Shown in pieces: positions 32,375-41,623 of a stretch of 64,000 bases of DNA; position 1 is the first letter of the stretch, and each line of letters opens with the position of its first letter. The DNA comes from Rhizobiaceae bacterium (GTDB taxonomy: Bacteria > Pseudomonadota > Alphaproteobacteria > Rhizobiales > Rhizobiaceae). Location: positions 109,204-173,203 of the forward strand of contig JBATLL010000070.1 of the NCBI GenBank assembly GCA_049289295.1. The letters run 5' to 3'. A program made the position numbers and the translations under genes. The notes below the pieces were generated by a model, which searched no databases, was not told where the DNA came from, and worked only from the letters and a program-made list of their open reading frames with translations.

Positions 32375-33682
32375 ATGAACCTGATCGGGCAAATCGTTGC
32401 AATGGCATTGCGCCCAGCGCGGGAACTGGCGCCAGAAGCGCTGGCACTGGCGCAATGTTCACTGCTCGACTGGATGGCCTGCGCCATTGCCGGGGCAGAT
32501 GAGCCGGTCGCACGCAACTTGCGCAGGCTGGCCGATCTGGAAGGCGGAAAAGGCACTTCATCGCTGGTTGGTGGCGGCCGTGTTCCAGCGCGAATGGCAG
32601 CTCTGGTCAACGGTGCAACAAGCCATGCGCTCGATTATGACGACACTCATTTTGCCCATGTGGGACATTTGTCTGTCGGGATCTACCCTGCTGCGCTGGC
32701 TGTTGGCGAAGAGACGGGAGCATCGGCTGTCGAGGTTGTTGAAGCATTTCTCGTCGGGGCCGAAGCGGCCGTCCGCATTGGCCTCATCCTTGGCCGATCC
32801 CACTACAATCACGGTTTTCACCAGACTGCGACTGCCGGGGCCTTCGGGGCGGCAATCGCGGCAGGCAGGCTGTATGGACTGGACCCGGCGCAAATGCGCA
32901 ATGCCCTCGGCCTGTGCGCCACCAGGGCTTCCGGTCTGAAATCGCAGTTCGGGACAATGGGCAAACCCTACAATGCCGGTATTGCTGCTTCGAACGGGGT
33001 TGAATGCGCCAGGCTGGCACAGTTCGGTGTGACGTCTGCCGATGATGGCCTTTTTGGCGCGCAAGGGTTTGTGGCAACACACCATGCGGAACCGGTCAGG
33101 GTTGAACTTCCGGGCAGCGAAGTGTTCCTGTTCGAGAACAACAAGTACAAGCTACATGCCTGTTGCCATGGCCTGCATGCCATGATCGAGGCATTGCTGG
33201 GCAACGACGCGCTTCGTCAGGTGGACCTGAGTAATGTCGCCAGCTTCGAACTGCGCACCAACCCGCGCTGGATGAGCGTTTGCGATATCAAGCGACCGCG
33301 CACCGGGCTTGAAGTGAAGTTCAGCTACAATTGGCTTGCAGGCATGACGCTGCGTGGAGAGCAGACCGGAAACGACCGGATCTACACGGACGATATCGCG
33401 CACGACGCGGCTTTGTCGGCCTTTGCGCAAAAGGTCACGGTGGCAGCAGACGACGGGCTGAGCGACCTGGAGGCAAGCAGCATCATTACCCTGAATGACG
33501 GTGCAAGAATCGACGCGTCACACGATCTTGCCGCACCTCTGCCGCACACGGTCCTCGTTGCGCGGCTGCGCTCGAAAGCCGAAGCAATGATTGGCCACAA
33601 GGGCAATGCATTGTGGGAGCAGTTTTCCAATCTCTCGCCTGCAACAGCCGAGAATATCGGCAACGCATTGCGCAATCCGTAA
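32375..33682 (+). CDS. MmgE/PrpD family protein
   Basis: 435 aa. PrpD-type N- and C-domains (LDWMACAIAG, ALDYDDTHF). Confidence 0.85.
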   Translation: MNLIGQIVAMALRPARELAPEALALAQCSLLDWMACAIAGADEPVARNLRRLADLEGGKGTSSLVGGGRVPARMAALVNGATSHALDYDDTHFAHVGHLSVGIYPAALAVGEETGASAVEVVEAFLVGAEAAVRIGLILGRSHYNHGFHQTATAGAFGAAIAAGRLYGLDPAQMRNALGLCATRASGLKSQFGTMGKPYNAGIAASNGVECARLAQFGVTSADDGLFGAQGFVATHHAEPVRVELPGSEVFLFENNKYKLHACCHGLHAMIEALLGNDALRQVDLSNVASFELRTNPRWMSVCDIKRPRTGLEVKFSYNWLAGMTLRGEQTGNDRIYTDDIAHDAALSAFAQKVTVAADDGLSDLEASSIITLNDGARIDASHDLAAPLPHTVLVARLRSKAEAMIGHKGNALWEQFSNLSPATAENIGNALRNP

Positions 33683-33703
33683 CCCGTATCTCGATGTCCG
33701 GCG

Positions 33704-34543
33704 TCACAAAAGCCTGAGGTTCGCCGTCATCGCGGTCACGCCATCGCTTCGCTGTACCTCGCCGGTGCGCTCGCCGTCGCTGGTCCCGGTCACCAGTCGC
33801 ACAGGCGTGGTTGCGAATACCGGAGCCATGGCGCGGTAACGAAATTGCAGGGGCGCTGGCGTGGGATCGCGCATCGCCTCGCAAAGTTCCGTTGCCATCA
33901 AAGGGCCGTGCACGACGAGGTCGGGATAGCCTTCCACAGTGCGGCAGAAATCCCGATCCCAGTGTATCCGGTGGCCATTGTGGGTGATTGCCGAATAGAA
34001 GAACAACTGGCTGTCGGGATGTACGAAATAGCCGTTCGGTATCGGTTCCCAGGCTTCGCGCAGCGGCGTTTCGGGTTCGCCGCGGTCGCGATAGACAATC
34101 GTCTGCTTCTCGCTGATGCAGCGCACGCCTTCCTGTTCGATTTCATGGTCCACAGTGACAAAGCACATGCACCCGGACCTGCCTTCCTTGAAGGCCACAT
34201 CCGCGATTGTCGAACGTCTTTGCGCCGCGACACCAATGCGCAATGGCTGCAGGACGTTGACGTCGCCCGCTGCCCACATGCGGCGATTGAACGGCGCTGC
34301 CGGCAGGAAGATTCCGGTCCGTTCATGCATGTCGTGACCGATGTCTGCTGCCGGAATCGCCTTGTTGAAATAGGCCCAGTGAAAGGTCGGCGGGAGATGC
34401 TCGCCGGGTTCGCCAAGCCCCAGCAGCACTGCCAATTTCGCAGCGGCCTCGCGAGCAAGCATGTCCTTGCTTGTGCGACTGCGCCCTACCGCAGCCTTGC
34501 ATTTGGCAATGATTTGCGGGGTAATCGCGACAGCTTCGCTCAT
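33704..34543 (-). CDS. MaoC-like/double hot-dog (R)-hydratase family protein
   Basis: 279 aa. Size and layout resemble itaconyl-/mesaconyl-CoA hydratase-type MaoC proteins. Confidence 0.7.
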   Translation of the reverse strand: MSEAVAITPQIIAKCKAAVGRSRTSKDMLAREAAAKLAVLLGLGEPGEHLPPTFHWAYFNKAIPAADIGHDMHERTGIFLPAAPFNRRMWAAGDVNVLQPLRIGVAAQRRSTIADVAFKEGRSGCMCFVTVDHEIEQEGVRCISEKQTIVYRDRGEPETPLREAWEPIPNGYFVHPDSQLFFYSAITHNGHRIHWDRDFCRTVEGYPDLVVHGPLMATELCEAMRDPTPAPLQFRYRAMAPVFATTPVRLVTGTSDGERTGEVQRSDGVTAMTANLRLL

Positions 34544-34752
34544 GCAGCTTCATCCGCCATTTCAATCATAAGATTGCGCGCCGATTGCAGGTGCGCCCAT
34601 GCTTGCGCGATCATAGGCCAAAGAAATCAGCCTGGCCAATGCGGCAACCAGTGGCAGGGGAGACACGCAACAGCATTGCGGCTGGAATTGGGTATCTTGC
34701 CACCCATCAATGTCTGGACCACAGTAGGCCAGTGACTGAAATCCCTTCCACA

Positions 34753-35574
34753 ATGCGAGCATTCGTACTGCACGGCCATGGCGGTCTCGATCAACTGCGC
34801 TTTCATGCCGATTGGCCAGTCCCTGCCATTGGTCCCCAGCAGGTGCTTGTGCGGGTCAAGGCCTGCGGTCTCAACAACACCGATATCAACACCCGCACGG
34901 GCTGGTATTCCAAGTCGGTGAGGCAGGGGACGACCGGCGGACCATATGATGGCTCTCTCGAAAATGACGGAGGCTGGGACGGGGGAATTGCATTTCAGCG
35001 TATCCAGGGCGGTGACGTGGCTGGTGTCGTGGCAGCCGTCGGCGCAGAGCTGACCCGCAACTGATCGGCAGGCGTTGCCTGGTGGATACGATCCTGCGGG
35101 ACTGGTCTGATCCCCTGAACCTGGCCACCTCTCCTATCTTGGTTCCGATCTCGATGGCGGGTTTGCCGACTACATGGCGATAGATGCGCGAAATGTCTGC
35201 CCGGTCGAAACCGACTGGACGGACAGCGAGCTTGCTACCATCGCCATTGCCTATTCGACGGCTGAAAACATGCTCAATCGTGCTTCCGTTACCGGGAGCG
35301 ATACCGTCCTGATTCGAGGTGCCTCTGGTGGCGTGGGTTCTGCGCTGGTCCGATTGTCGAACTGGACCTGCGCACCTTTTATCTGCACGACCTGACTTTC
35401 TTCGGAAACACGATCTTCGAGCCGAAAGTGTTTCCAGCACTGGTGCGATACATCGAAGCTGGTGAGATCAGGCCAATGCTGGCAGCAAGTTACCCGCTTG
35501 AAAAGCTCCACGAGGCCCAGCAGGCATTCGTCGAGAAAAATCATGCAGGGAACATCGTGGTGACGATGGAGTGA
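34753..35574 (+). pseudogene. Zinc-type alcohol dehydrogenase/quinone oxidoreductase, disrupted
   Basis: Starts MRAFVLHGHGGLDQL and hits a stop at 35062. Homologous sequence continues in two other frames (LVDTILRDWSDPLNL; GSDLDGGFADYMAIDARNV...GASGGVGSALV). Most of the Rossmann domain is missing. The tail (LTFFGNTIFEP...NIVVTME) is in yet another frame. Confidence 0.8.
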
Positions 35575-35659
35575 CCAGGGACCGGTAACGCAGGCGGGCT
35601 GAAGTTCGTCCATTGTGATGGTGCATCCCCAACCCGCATTCGCAGCGGGAGCACGCTGC

Positions 35660-36973
35660 TCACATTCGCGATGGAAGAAACAGCACCAGCCATGGCATGA
35701 AGACCAGAACTGCCAGACGAAACAGGTCCATGACGAAGAACGGCGTTACGCCCTTGAAGATCGTCGCCAGCGACACGTCGCCCACCACCGAGCGTAGGAT
35801 GAAGACATTGAGCCCTACCGGTGGCGTGATGAGGCTGATCTCCGTCACCACCACCACGATGATGCCGAACCAGACTGCATCATAGCCAAGGCCGGTCACC
35901 AGCGGAAAGAAGATCGGCACTGTCAGCAGCAGCATGGACAGGCTTTCAAACACGCATCCAAGCGCGATGTAGATCAGCAGGACAATCGCCATCACCAGCC
36001 ACGGTGCCAGATTGGCTTCCTGGATTTCCCGGCTGAGTGTTTCGGGCAGGCCCGCATAATTGATGAAATTGGAGAAGATCCAGGCTCCGATCAGGACCGA
36101 GAACAGTTGCGCGGCGGTTATCGCGGTTTCCCTGAGAACCTCAAGCGTTTCGCGCACGCTCAGGCCACCGCGGAAAAGTGCAATGAGGAAGGCTCCCATC
36201 GCGCCCATGCCGGCAGCTTCAGTTGGAGAAAAGGCAAGGTGGATCGGCCAGAAATCGAGCGCTCCATACAAGCCGCCAATCACGAGGAAAAACAGCAGCA
36301 GAACTGCCCACACACCCTTGAGAGCCTCCAGACGTTCAGCGAAGGTGAAACGGCGACCGGCAGGCCCCTGTTCGGGGTTTCGCCACACCGAATATCGAAC
36401 GGCAACGAGATAGAACAGGATTCCGAGGGCACCAGGAACAATACCCGCGATGAACAGCTTGCCGATCGAGGTTTCCGTCAGCAACCCGTAAATGACCAGA
36501 ATGACAGACGGCGGAATGAGAATGCCAAGCGTGCCGCCGGCTGCAATCGAGGCAGCCGAAAGGGAATCGGCATAGCCATATTTGCGCATCTCCGGCATCG
36601 CCACCTTCGACATGGTCGCGGCGGTTGCAAGGGAGGAGCCACAGATCGCGGCAAAGCCACCGCAGGCAACGATGGTCGCCATCGCAAGTCCACCCCTGAA
36701 ATGGCCAAGAAAGGCATTCGATACCTGGTAGAGTTCACGGCTGATGCCGCCCTTGTTGACGAACAGGCCCATCAGGATGAACAGCGGCACGACGGAAAGG
36801 CCATAGTCCTGGCTGGTGTCGATGATCAGCCTTGCCACAAGCGAAATCGCCGCAGTGTAGCTGGTATAATGAATCATGCCGACCATCCCGACAATGCCCA
36901 TCGCAAATGCGATCGGCACGCGGACGAGTACGAGAGCCAGGACAGCGGCAAAGCCGATTATTGATTCAAGCAT
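35660..36973 (-). CDS. dctM: TRAP transporter large permease
   Basis: 437 aa, highly hydrophobic. Overlaps the dctQ stop. Confidence 0.9.
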   Translation of the reverse strand: MLESIIGFAAVLALVLVRVPIAFAMGIVGMVGMIHYTSYTAAISLVARLIIDTSQDYGLSVVPLFILMGLFVNKGGISRELYQVSNAFLGHFRGGLAMATIVACGGFAAICGSSLATAATMSKVAMPEMRKYGYADSLSAASIAAGGTLGILIPPSVILVIYGLLTETSIGKLFIAGIVPGALGILFYLVAVRYSVWRNPEQGPAGRRFTFAERLEALKGVWAVLLLFFLVIGGLYGALDFWPIHLAFSPTEAAGMGAMGAFLIALFRGGLSVRETLEVLRETAITAAQLFSVLIGAWIFSNFINYAGLPETLSREIQEANLAPWLVMAIVLLIYIALGCVFESLSMLLLTVPIFFPLVTGLGYDAVWFGIIVVVVTEISLITPPVGLNVFILRSVVGDVSLATIFKGVTPFFVMDLFRLAVLVFMPWLVLFLPSRM

Positions 36974-37496
36974 TCAGGTCTTTCAGGATTTCAGGGCGCA
37001 CCAGCAGGATCAGTCCGCGCATGATCATGACCAGTGCCGTCACGAATGTCATGATCGCGATGAACCAGCCGATGTAGAAGGTCGGAATGGAGAGATATTC
37101 GGTGAGGTCCCCGTAGCTGCGCGCGCGCTCTGCCAGATCGACAGTCCTGCTCGCCGGAAACACCAGCAGCACACCGCAGGCCAGCGTCACCACTGCATCG
37201 AGCAGGCGCGAAATGCCGAGGGAATCGAGGAACCTGTCCAGCAGGTCAACGCTGATGTGCTGGGCATTGGCGGAAACGACGGGCAGGGCGGAAAAGACGA
37301 TGATCGCCATGGCAATGCGGGTCAGTTCGGTCGCCGCTTCGATCGGCGCGGAAAATGCCGAGCGCATGATGACGTCGGCAAAGGTCAGGATCATCAGAAG
37401 AAACAGGCACAAGGATGCCAGTACCAGCGGAAGCTGCAGGATCCGGGCTGCTATCCTCTGGAAACGGTTCATGCCTTCCTGCCCTCCTGCGTGCAT
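36966..37496 (-). CDS. dctQ: TRAP transporter small permease
   Basis: 176 aa and 4 TM. Lies between dctP and dctM. Confidence 0.85.
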   Translation of the reverse strand: MHAGGQEGMNRFQRIAARILQLPLVLASLCLFLLMILTFADVIMRSAFSAPIEAATELTRIAMAIIVFSALPVVSANAQHISVDLLDRFLDSLGISRLLDAVVTLACGVLLVFPASRTVDLAERARSYGDLTEYLSIPTFYIGWFIAIMTFVTALVMIMRGLILLVRPEILKDLNA

Positions 37497-37534
37497 GGAA
37501 AATGCCGGGGAGCATCGCCCCCCGGCATCCCGGC

Positions 37535-38557
37535 TTACTTGCCGTAGGAAGCCATTTCCGATTTCACCATGTCATAGGCTGCCTGCGCATCGATCCCGAG
37601 CGCTGAAATCTCGCCGATGATCTTTGTGCGCACGCGTTCTGCCATTTCGCCAAATTTGGCCTGGTCAGCATCGCTGGCAGCGACAATCTTGTTGTCAGCC
37701 GCAGCTTCGGTCGCCGCGCGGGCCACCTGGTCACTCTTGTCCCAGACCATGCCCATCATCCGCGAGGCTGGCTCGCCGAACACCTTTTCTTCCAGCGCCT
37801 TGCGGACATTTTCCGGCAATGCGTTGAACTTGTCCTCATTCATGATGACCGCGAAGGCACCACGATAGAACCCGCCAGGCATTTCGTAGACATTCTTGGC
37901 GACTTCATTGAGCTTGAAGCTGATGCGTTCGCCCAGATTCATTGCGACCGCGTCGGCTGCGCCAGAGGCGAGCGTTTCATAGACCTTTGGTGCGGGAACC
38001 TGAATTCCGACAAGGCCGAGTTCAGCACCCACATCGGCGGAAACACCGCCGCCAAGACGGGTCTTCAACCCATTGAGATCACCAAGCGAGGCGATTGGCT
38101 TGTTGGAATGGATCTGGCCAGGACCATGCGTCGTCAGGGCGATGACCTTGGTGCCCTTGTGCTCGTCGACCTTTGCCAGATGCGCTTCGTGCACATGCCA
38201 GTAGGCCACGGAAGCAGCTTCCGCATTGCCTTCGTAACCCGGCAGCTCGATCAGCTTCGTGGCAACAAACCGACCCGGCTGATAGCCGTTGAAGATGATG
38301 GTGATGTCTGCAGCGCCGTCCAGGACGAGGTCCATCTGCGCTGGTGGTGGAGCAAGCCCCATCTTGATTTCTGCAGATACCTGCCCCTCGGTTGCTTCAT
38401 CCATCATCGTGATGAGGCCCTGGAGCATTTCGGTGTTGATCGGATGTGTCGGCGGAAGCCAGCTGGAAATGGTCAGATTGAAATCTGCAGCCAGTGCCGA
38501 AGTGGTTGTCCAAAGCGCCAATGCGGTACCGGCAAGAAGCTTGGTAATGCTGTTCAT
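37535..38557 (-). CDS. dctP: TRAP transporter substrate-binding protein
   Basis: 340 aa. Signal peptide LLAGTALALWTTTSALA. GGAGG RBS 5 nt upstream. Confidence 0.9.
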   Translation of the reverse strand: MNSITKLLAGTALALWTTTSALAADFNLTISSWLPPTHPINTEMLQGLITMMDEATEGQVSAEIKMGLAPPPAQMDLVLDGAADITIIFNGYQPGRFVATKLIELPGYEGNAEAASVAYWHVHEAHLAKVDEHKGTKVIALTTHGPGQIHSNKPIASLGDLNGLKTRLGGGVSADVGAELGLVGIQVPAPKVYETLASGAADAVAMNLGERISFKLNEVAKNVYEMPGGFYRGAFAVIMNEDKFNALPENVRKALEEKVFGEPASRMMGMVWDKSDQVARAATEAAADNKIVAASDADQAKFGEMAERVRTKIIGEISALGIDAQAAYDMVKSEMASYGK

Positions 38558-38609
38558 GCGTTCCTCCCTGTTCTGTACTGCCCGTCGGAATTTCCGGTCA
38601 GTCTCAAGA

Positions 38610-38646
38610 AATATGCAATATCATATAATAATATGCAATGTCATAT
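38610..38646 (-). promoter_or_regulatory. Two 16-bp palindromic operators ATATG-N6-CATAT embedded in a putative TTGCAT-17-CATATT promoter of the TRAP operon
   Basis: atatgcaatatcatat (38611-38626) and atatgcaatgtcatat (38631-38646), with centres 20 bp apart, in an AT-rich gap. On the minus strand the distal palindrome supplies TTGCAT and the proximal one supplies CATATT. Confidence 0.6.
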
Positions 38647-39186
38647 ATTGTGCCCACCTGCACCATTGGCTGCGGCCATTTGACGGACGGAGGCGGGACG
38701 AAGTCGATCATTGGCTTCAAGGTTCTCCAGCAACGCATTGAGCGTCCGCTTGATCTGTGCGCCTGCAGTTCCTTCGAGCGATCCCAGAAGTTCAGCCTCG
38801 TGCTGGCGTGCATCGCTCACCAGACGTTCGGCAAGTTCGCGCCCCTTGTCGGTCAGGAAGATCCGAACGCGGCGTCGGTCCGCAGGATCGTCACGGCGCG
38901 AAACAAGGCCGCGCTCATCCATCTGGATGATGATCTTGGTCAGCCTCGACTGTTCGATCATGGCATAACGCGAAAGCTCGGTTACCATCGAACCGTCCCA
39001 GTCAGTCAGGCAGGCCAGTACCCGCCATTCAGGCACGCGCAGGCCCGATGCACGCACATGCGCATGAAACTGCCCGCTTGCCGCCTCGCTTGCCGCTGCC
39101 AGCAAGTACAACAGGTAATCGGGAACGAATGGCTGGCGCTCCAGCCGTGTCGTGGACAAGTCTCCATGTCCGGTCTTCTTGCCCAT
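38641..39186 (-). CDS. MarR family transcriptional regulator
   Basis: 181 aa from MGKKTGH. Winged-helix core VTELSRYAMIEQSRLTKIIIQMDERGLVSRRDDPADRRRVRIFLTDKG. Confidence 0.9.
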   Translation of the reverse strand: MGKKTGHGDLSTTRLERQPFVPDYLLYLLAAASEAASGQFHAHVRASGLRVPEWRVLACLTDWDGSMVTELSRYAMIEQSRLTKIIIQMDERGLVSRRDDPADRRRVRIFLTDKGRELAERLVSDARQHEAELLGSLEGTAGAQIKRTLNALLENLEANDRLRPASVRQMAAANGAGGHNI

Positions 39187-39248
39187 GGCGTTCCGCTTCT
39201 GTCTGTTGAACCGGCAATATACCGGTTTTTGATCGGGTAAAAACCCCC

Positions 39249-39277
39249 TTGACACGAATTATATGAAAATTCATATT
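39249..39277 (+). promoter_or_regulatory. Putative sigma70 promoter TTGACA-17-CATATT with a third ATATG-N6-CATAT palindrome over the spacer and -10
   Basis: TTGACA at 39249-39254, atatgaaaattcatat at 39261-39276 and CATATT at 39272-39277. Located in the marR / oxygenase-operon divergent region. Confidence 0.55.
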
Positions 39278-39296
39278 TCCTGGCGGAGGGAACCAG

Positions 39297-40256
39297 GTGG
39301 CAGAATCCTTTGATCTCACAATGGTGTCCGCGCGACCGCTGAGCGAGCGCATCCGCGAGATTGTCTTTCGCGCGAGTGGCGCTGCGCGCCTTCCTGGCTG
39401 GTCGCCGGGTGCCCATCTGAAGTTCGCCACACCCGCCGGTGAACGGTGCTATTCGCTCGTTCAGATGGAACCCGGAGACGGGTTCGACGAGCCGCATCAA
39501 TATCGGTTCGCTGTACAGCTTGAGGAGCAGACCGCTGGCGGTTCGCGCCATCTGCACGACCTGAAACCAGGAGACGGAATCAAGGTCAGCGGACCGCACA
39601 ATGATTTTGCCCTGATTGCCGGTGCGTCAGCTGTTCTCGTTGCCGGTGGCATCGGCATTACACCGATCCTTTCCATGGCCAGGGCATTGCTGGCCGCCGG
39701 TACTGCCTTCGAATTCCACTATGCCTGCCGCAACCGCGAGGTCATGGCATATCGCGATGAAATTCAGACGCTGTTCACCAACAGGGCACACCTTCATTTC
39801 GACGAGGAAGCATCGAGCCAGCTGGATCTTGAAGGACTTCTGGGCAGCGCCGAACCCTCAGCCCATGTTTATGTGTGCGGTCCGCGCGGCCTGATAGAGG
39901 CCGTAAAGTCGGCTGCCGTTGCCAGGGGGCTTGCCGGTAGCCAGATCCATTTCGAACTCTTCGCATCGCCTTCCCCCAGCACAGGCGATGAGGCATTCGA
40001 GGTGGTCGTGAATTCGACCGGGCAGGCCTTCAACGTGCCGCCAGGAAAGAGCATTATCGAGGTGCTGGAAGCTTCGGGCCTGGACCTGGTCTATGATTGC
40101 CAGAGAGGCGACTGTGGCATCTGTCAGACAGGCGTGATCGAAGGCGTGCCCGATCATCGGGATGTTGTTCTGAGCGAGGGCGAGCGGCAATCAGGCAAAC
40201 TGATGCAGATCTGCGTCAGCCGGTCGAAGACGCCACGTCTGGTACTGGATCTGTAG
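39297..40256 (+). CDS. PDR/VanB-type oxygenase reductase (FNR-like flavin/NAD domains plus C-terminal plant-type 2Fe-2S)
   Basis: 319 aa. GGIGITP NAD motif and C-terminal CQRGDCGICQ...C cluster. GGAGGG RBS before GTG. Confidence 0.9.
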   Translation: MAESFDLTMVSARPLSERIREIVFRASGAARLPGWSPGAHLKFATPAGERCYSLVQMEPGDGFDEPHQYRFAVQLEEQTAGGSRHLHDLKPGDGIKVSGPHNDFALIAGASAVLVAGGIGITPILSMARALLAAGTAFEFHYACRNREVMAYRDEIQTLFTNRAHLHFDEEASSQLDLEGLLGSAEPSAHVYVCGPRGLIEAVKSAAVARGLAGSQIHFELFASPSPSTGDEAFEVVVNSTGQAFNVPPGKSIIEVLEASGLDLVYDCQRGDCGICQTGVIEGVPDHRDVVLSEGERQSGKLMQICVSRSKTPRLVLDL

Positions 40257-40267
40257 GGAGGATCGAC

Positions 40268-41623
40268 ATGGGAAGATACACCGGTAACCCACAGGCAATC
40301 CGCAATCTGTTTCGCGGCAACGAAGTGCACAGGGACGTCTATATCGACCCGGAAATCTATCGGCTCGAAATGAAGCAGCTGTTTGCAAACGCATGGGTGT
40401 TTGTGGGGCATGACAGCCAGACGCCCAATGCCGGTGACTATTTCAACACAATGGTCGGCGATCAGCCGGTCATTCAGGTTCGCCACAGCGATGGCGAGAT
40501 ACACGTCCTCTACAATCGCTGCCCGCACAAGGGCACCAAGCTCGTCATCGACAGGACAGGCAATACCGGCAAGTTCTTCCGGTGTCCCTATCATGCATGG
40601 TCGTTCAAGACCGACGGCTGCCTGCTCGCCATACCCCTCAGGAAGGGTTACGAAAACACCGGCTTCGAAAAGAGCGCCAGCGGCAAGGGCATGGCTTCCG
40701 TTGGCGCGGTAAAGAACTATCGCGGCTTCATCTTCTGCCGTCTCGCTCCGCAAGGCATCTCGTTCGAGGAATTCTTCGGGGATTCGCTTTCTTCCCTCGA
40801 CAACATGGTCGACCGTTCGCCTGCTGGTCGCCTAGAAATCGCCGGACCACCGCTTCGCTACATGCATCATTGCAACTGGAAGATGCTCGTTGAAAACCAG
40901 ACCGACACCTGCCACCCGATGGTTGCGCATGAAAGCTCTGCCGGCACCGCAGTCAAGCTCTGGGAAGCGCTCGACATGCCGGAAGGCTCCCCGCTGCCGC
41001 CAGCCATGGAAATCATCGCGCCTTTCACCAGCCCGTACGAATTCTTTGAAAAGATGGGCATCAGGACCTGGCCGAACGGGCACGGCCATACAGGCGTGCA
41101 CCATTCCATACACTCCAACTATTCGGCCATCCCCGGTTACCTTGAAAAGCTGACCCAGGCATGGGGCGAGGAAAAGGCCAAAGCGGTGCTCGCCGAAAAC
41201 CGGCACAACACGGTCTACTTCCCGAACATCATGATCAAGGGACCAATCCAGCAATTGCGGGTTTTCCTGCCGCTGGCCGCAAACAAGACGCTGGTCGAAA
41301 GCTATATCTACCGGCTAGTTGACGCTCCCGAGCAGCTCACCGCACGAACCGCCATGTACAACAGGATGATCAACGCGCCGACGTCGATTGTCGGACATGA
41401 TGATCTGGAAATGTACGAGCGCGCACAGGAAGGGCTGGAGGCCGATGGCCTTGAATGGGTCAACATCCAGCGCCTGTACGAGGACAATGAAGACTATTCG
41501 GGCGAGCAGGTGGAAAACGGCACGACCGAGCGCCAGATGCGCAACCAGTTCGACGCCTGGGTGAAGTTCATGGTCGCAGGCATGGACGACAAGGCGGAAG
41601 GAAGGCGGGAGGCGGCCGAATGA
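40268..41623 (+). CDS. Rieske aromatic ring-hydroxylating oxygenase, alpha subunit
   Basis: Rieske motif CPHKG...CPYHAW and mononuclear iron motif DTCHPMVAH. GGGAGG RBS. The start lies inside the longer ORF-track call. Confidence 0.92.
   Translation: MGRYTGNPQAIRNLFRGNEVHRDVYIDPEIYRLEMKQLFANAWVFVGHDSQTPNAGDYFNTMVGDQPVIQVRHSDGEIHVLYNRCPHKGTKLVIDRTGNTGKFFRCPYHAWSFKTDGCLLAIPLRKGYENTGFEKSASGKGMASVGAVKNYRGFIFCRLAPQGISFEEFFGDSLSSLDNMVDRSPAGRLEIAGPPLRYMHHCNWKMLVENQTDTCHPMVAHESSAGTAVKLWEALDMPEGSPLPPAMEIIAPFTSPYEFFEKMGIRTWPNGHGHTGVHHSIHSNYSAIPGYLEKLTQAWGEEKAKAVLAENRHNTVYFPNIMIKGPIQQLRVFLPLAANKTLVESYIYRLVDAPEQLTARTAMYNRMINAPTSIVGHDDLEMYERAQEGLEADGLEWVNIQRLYEDNEDYSGEQVENGTTERQMRNQFDAWVKFMVAGMDDKAEGRREAAE

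Noticed and set aside
40097-40267. Upstream extension of the Rieske alpha ORF into the reductase gene.
   Set aside because: A GGGAGG RBS lies 5 nt before ATG 40268 and the family-typical N-terminus starts there. The extension overlaps the reductase 2Fe-2S domain.
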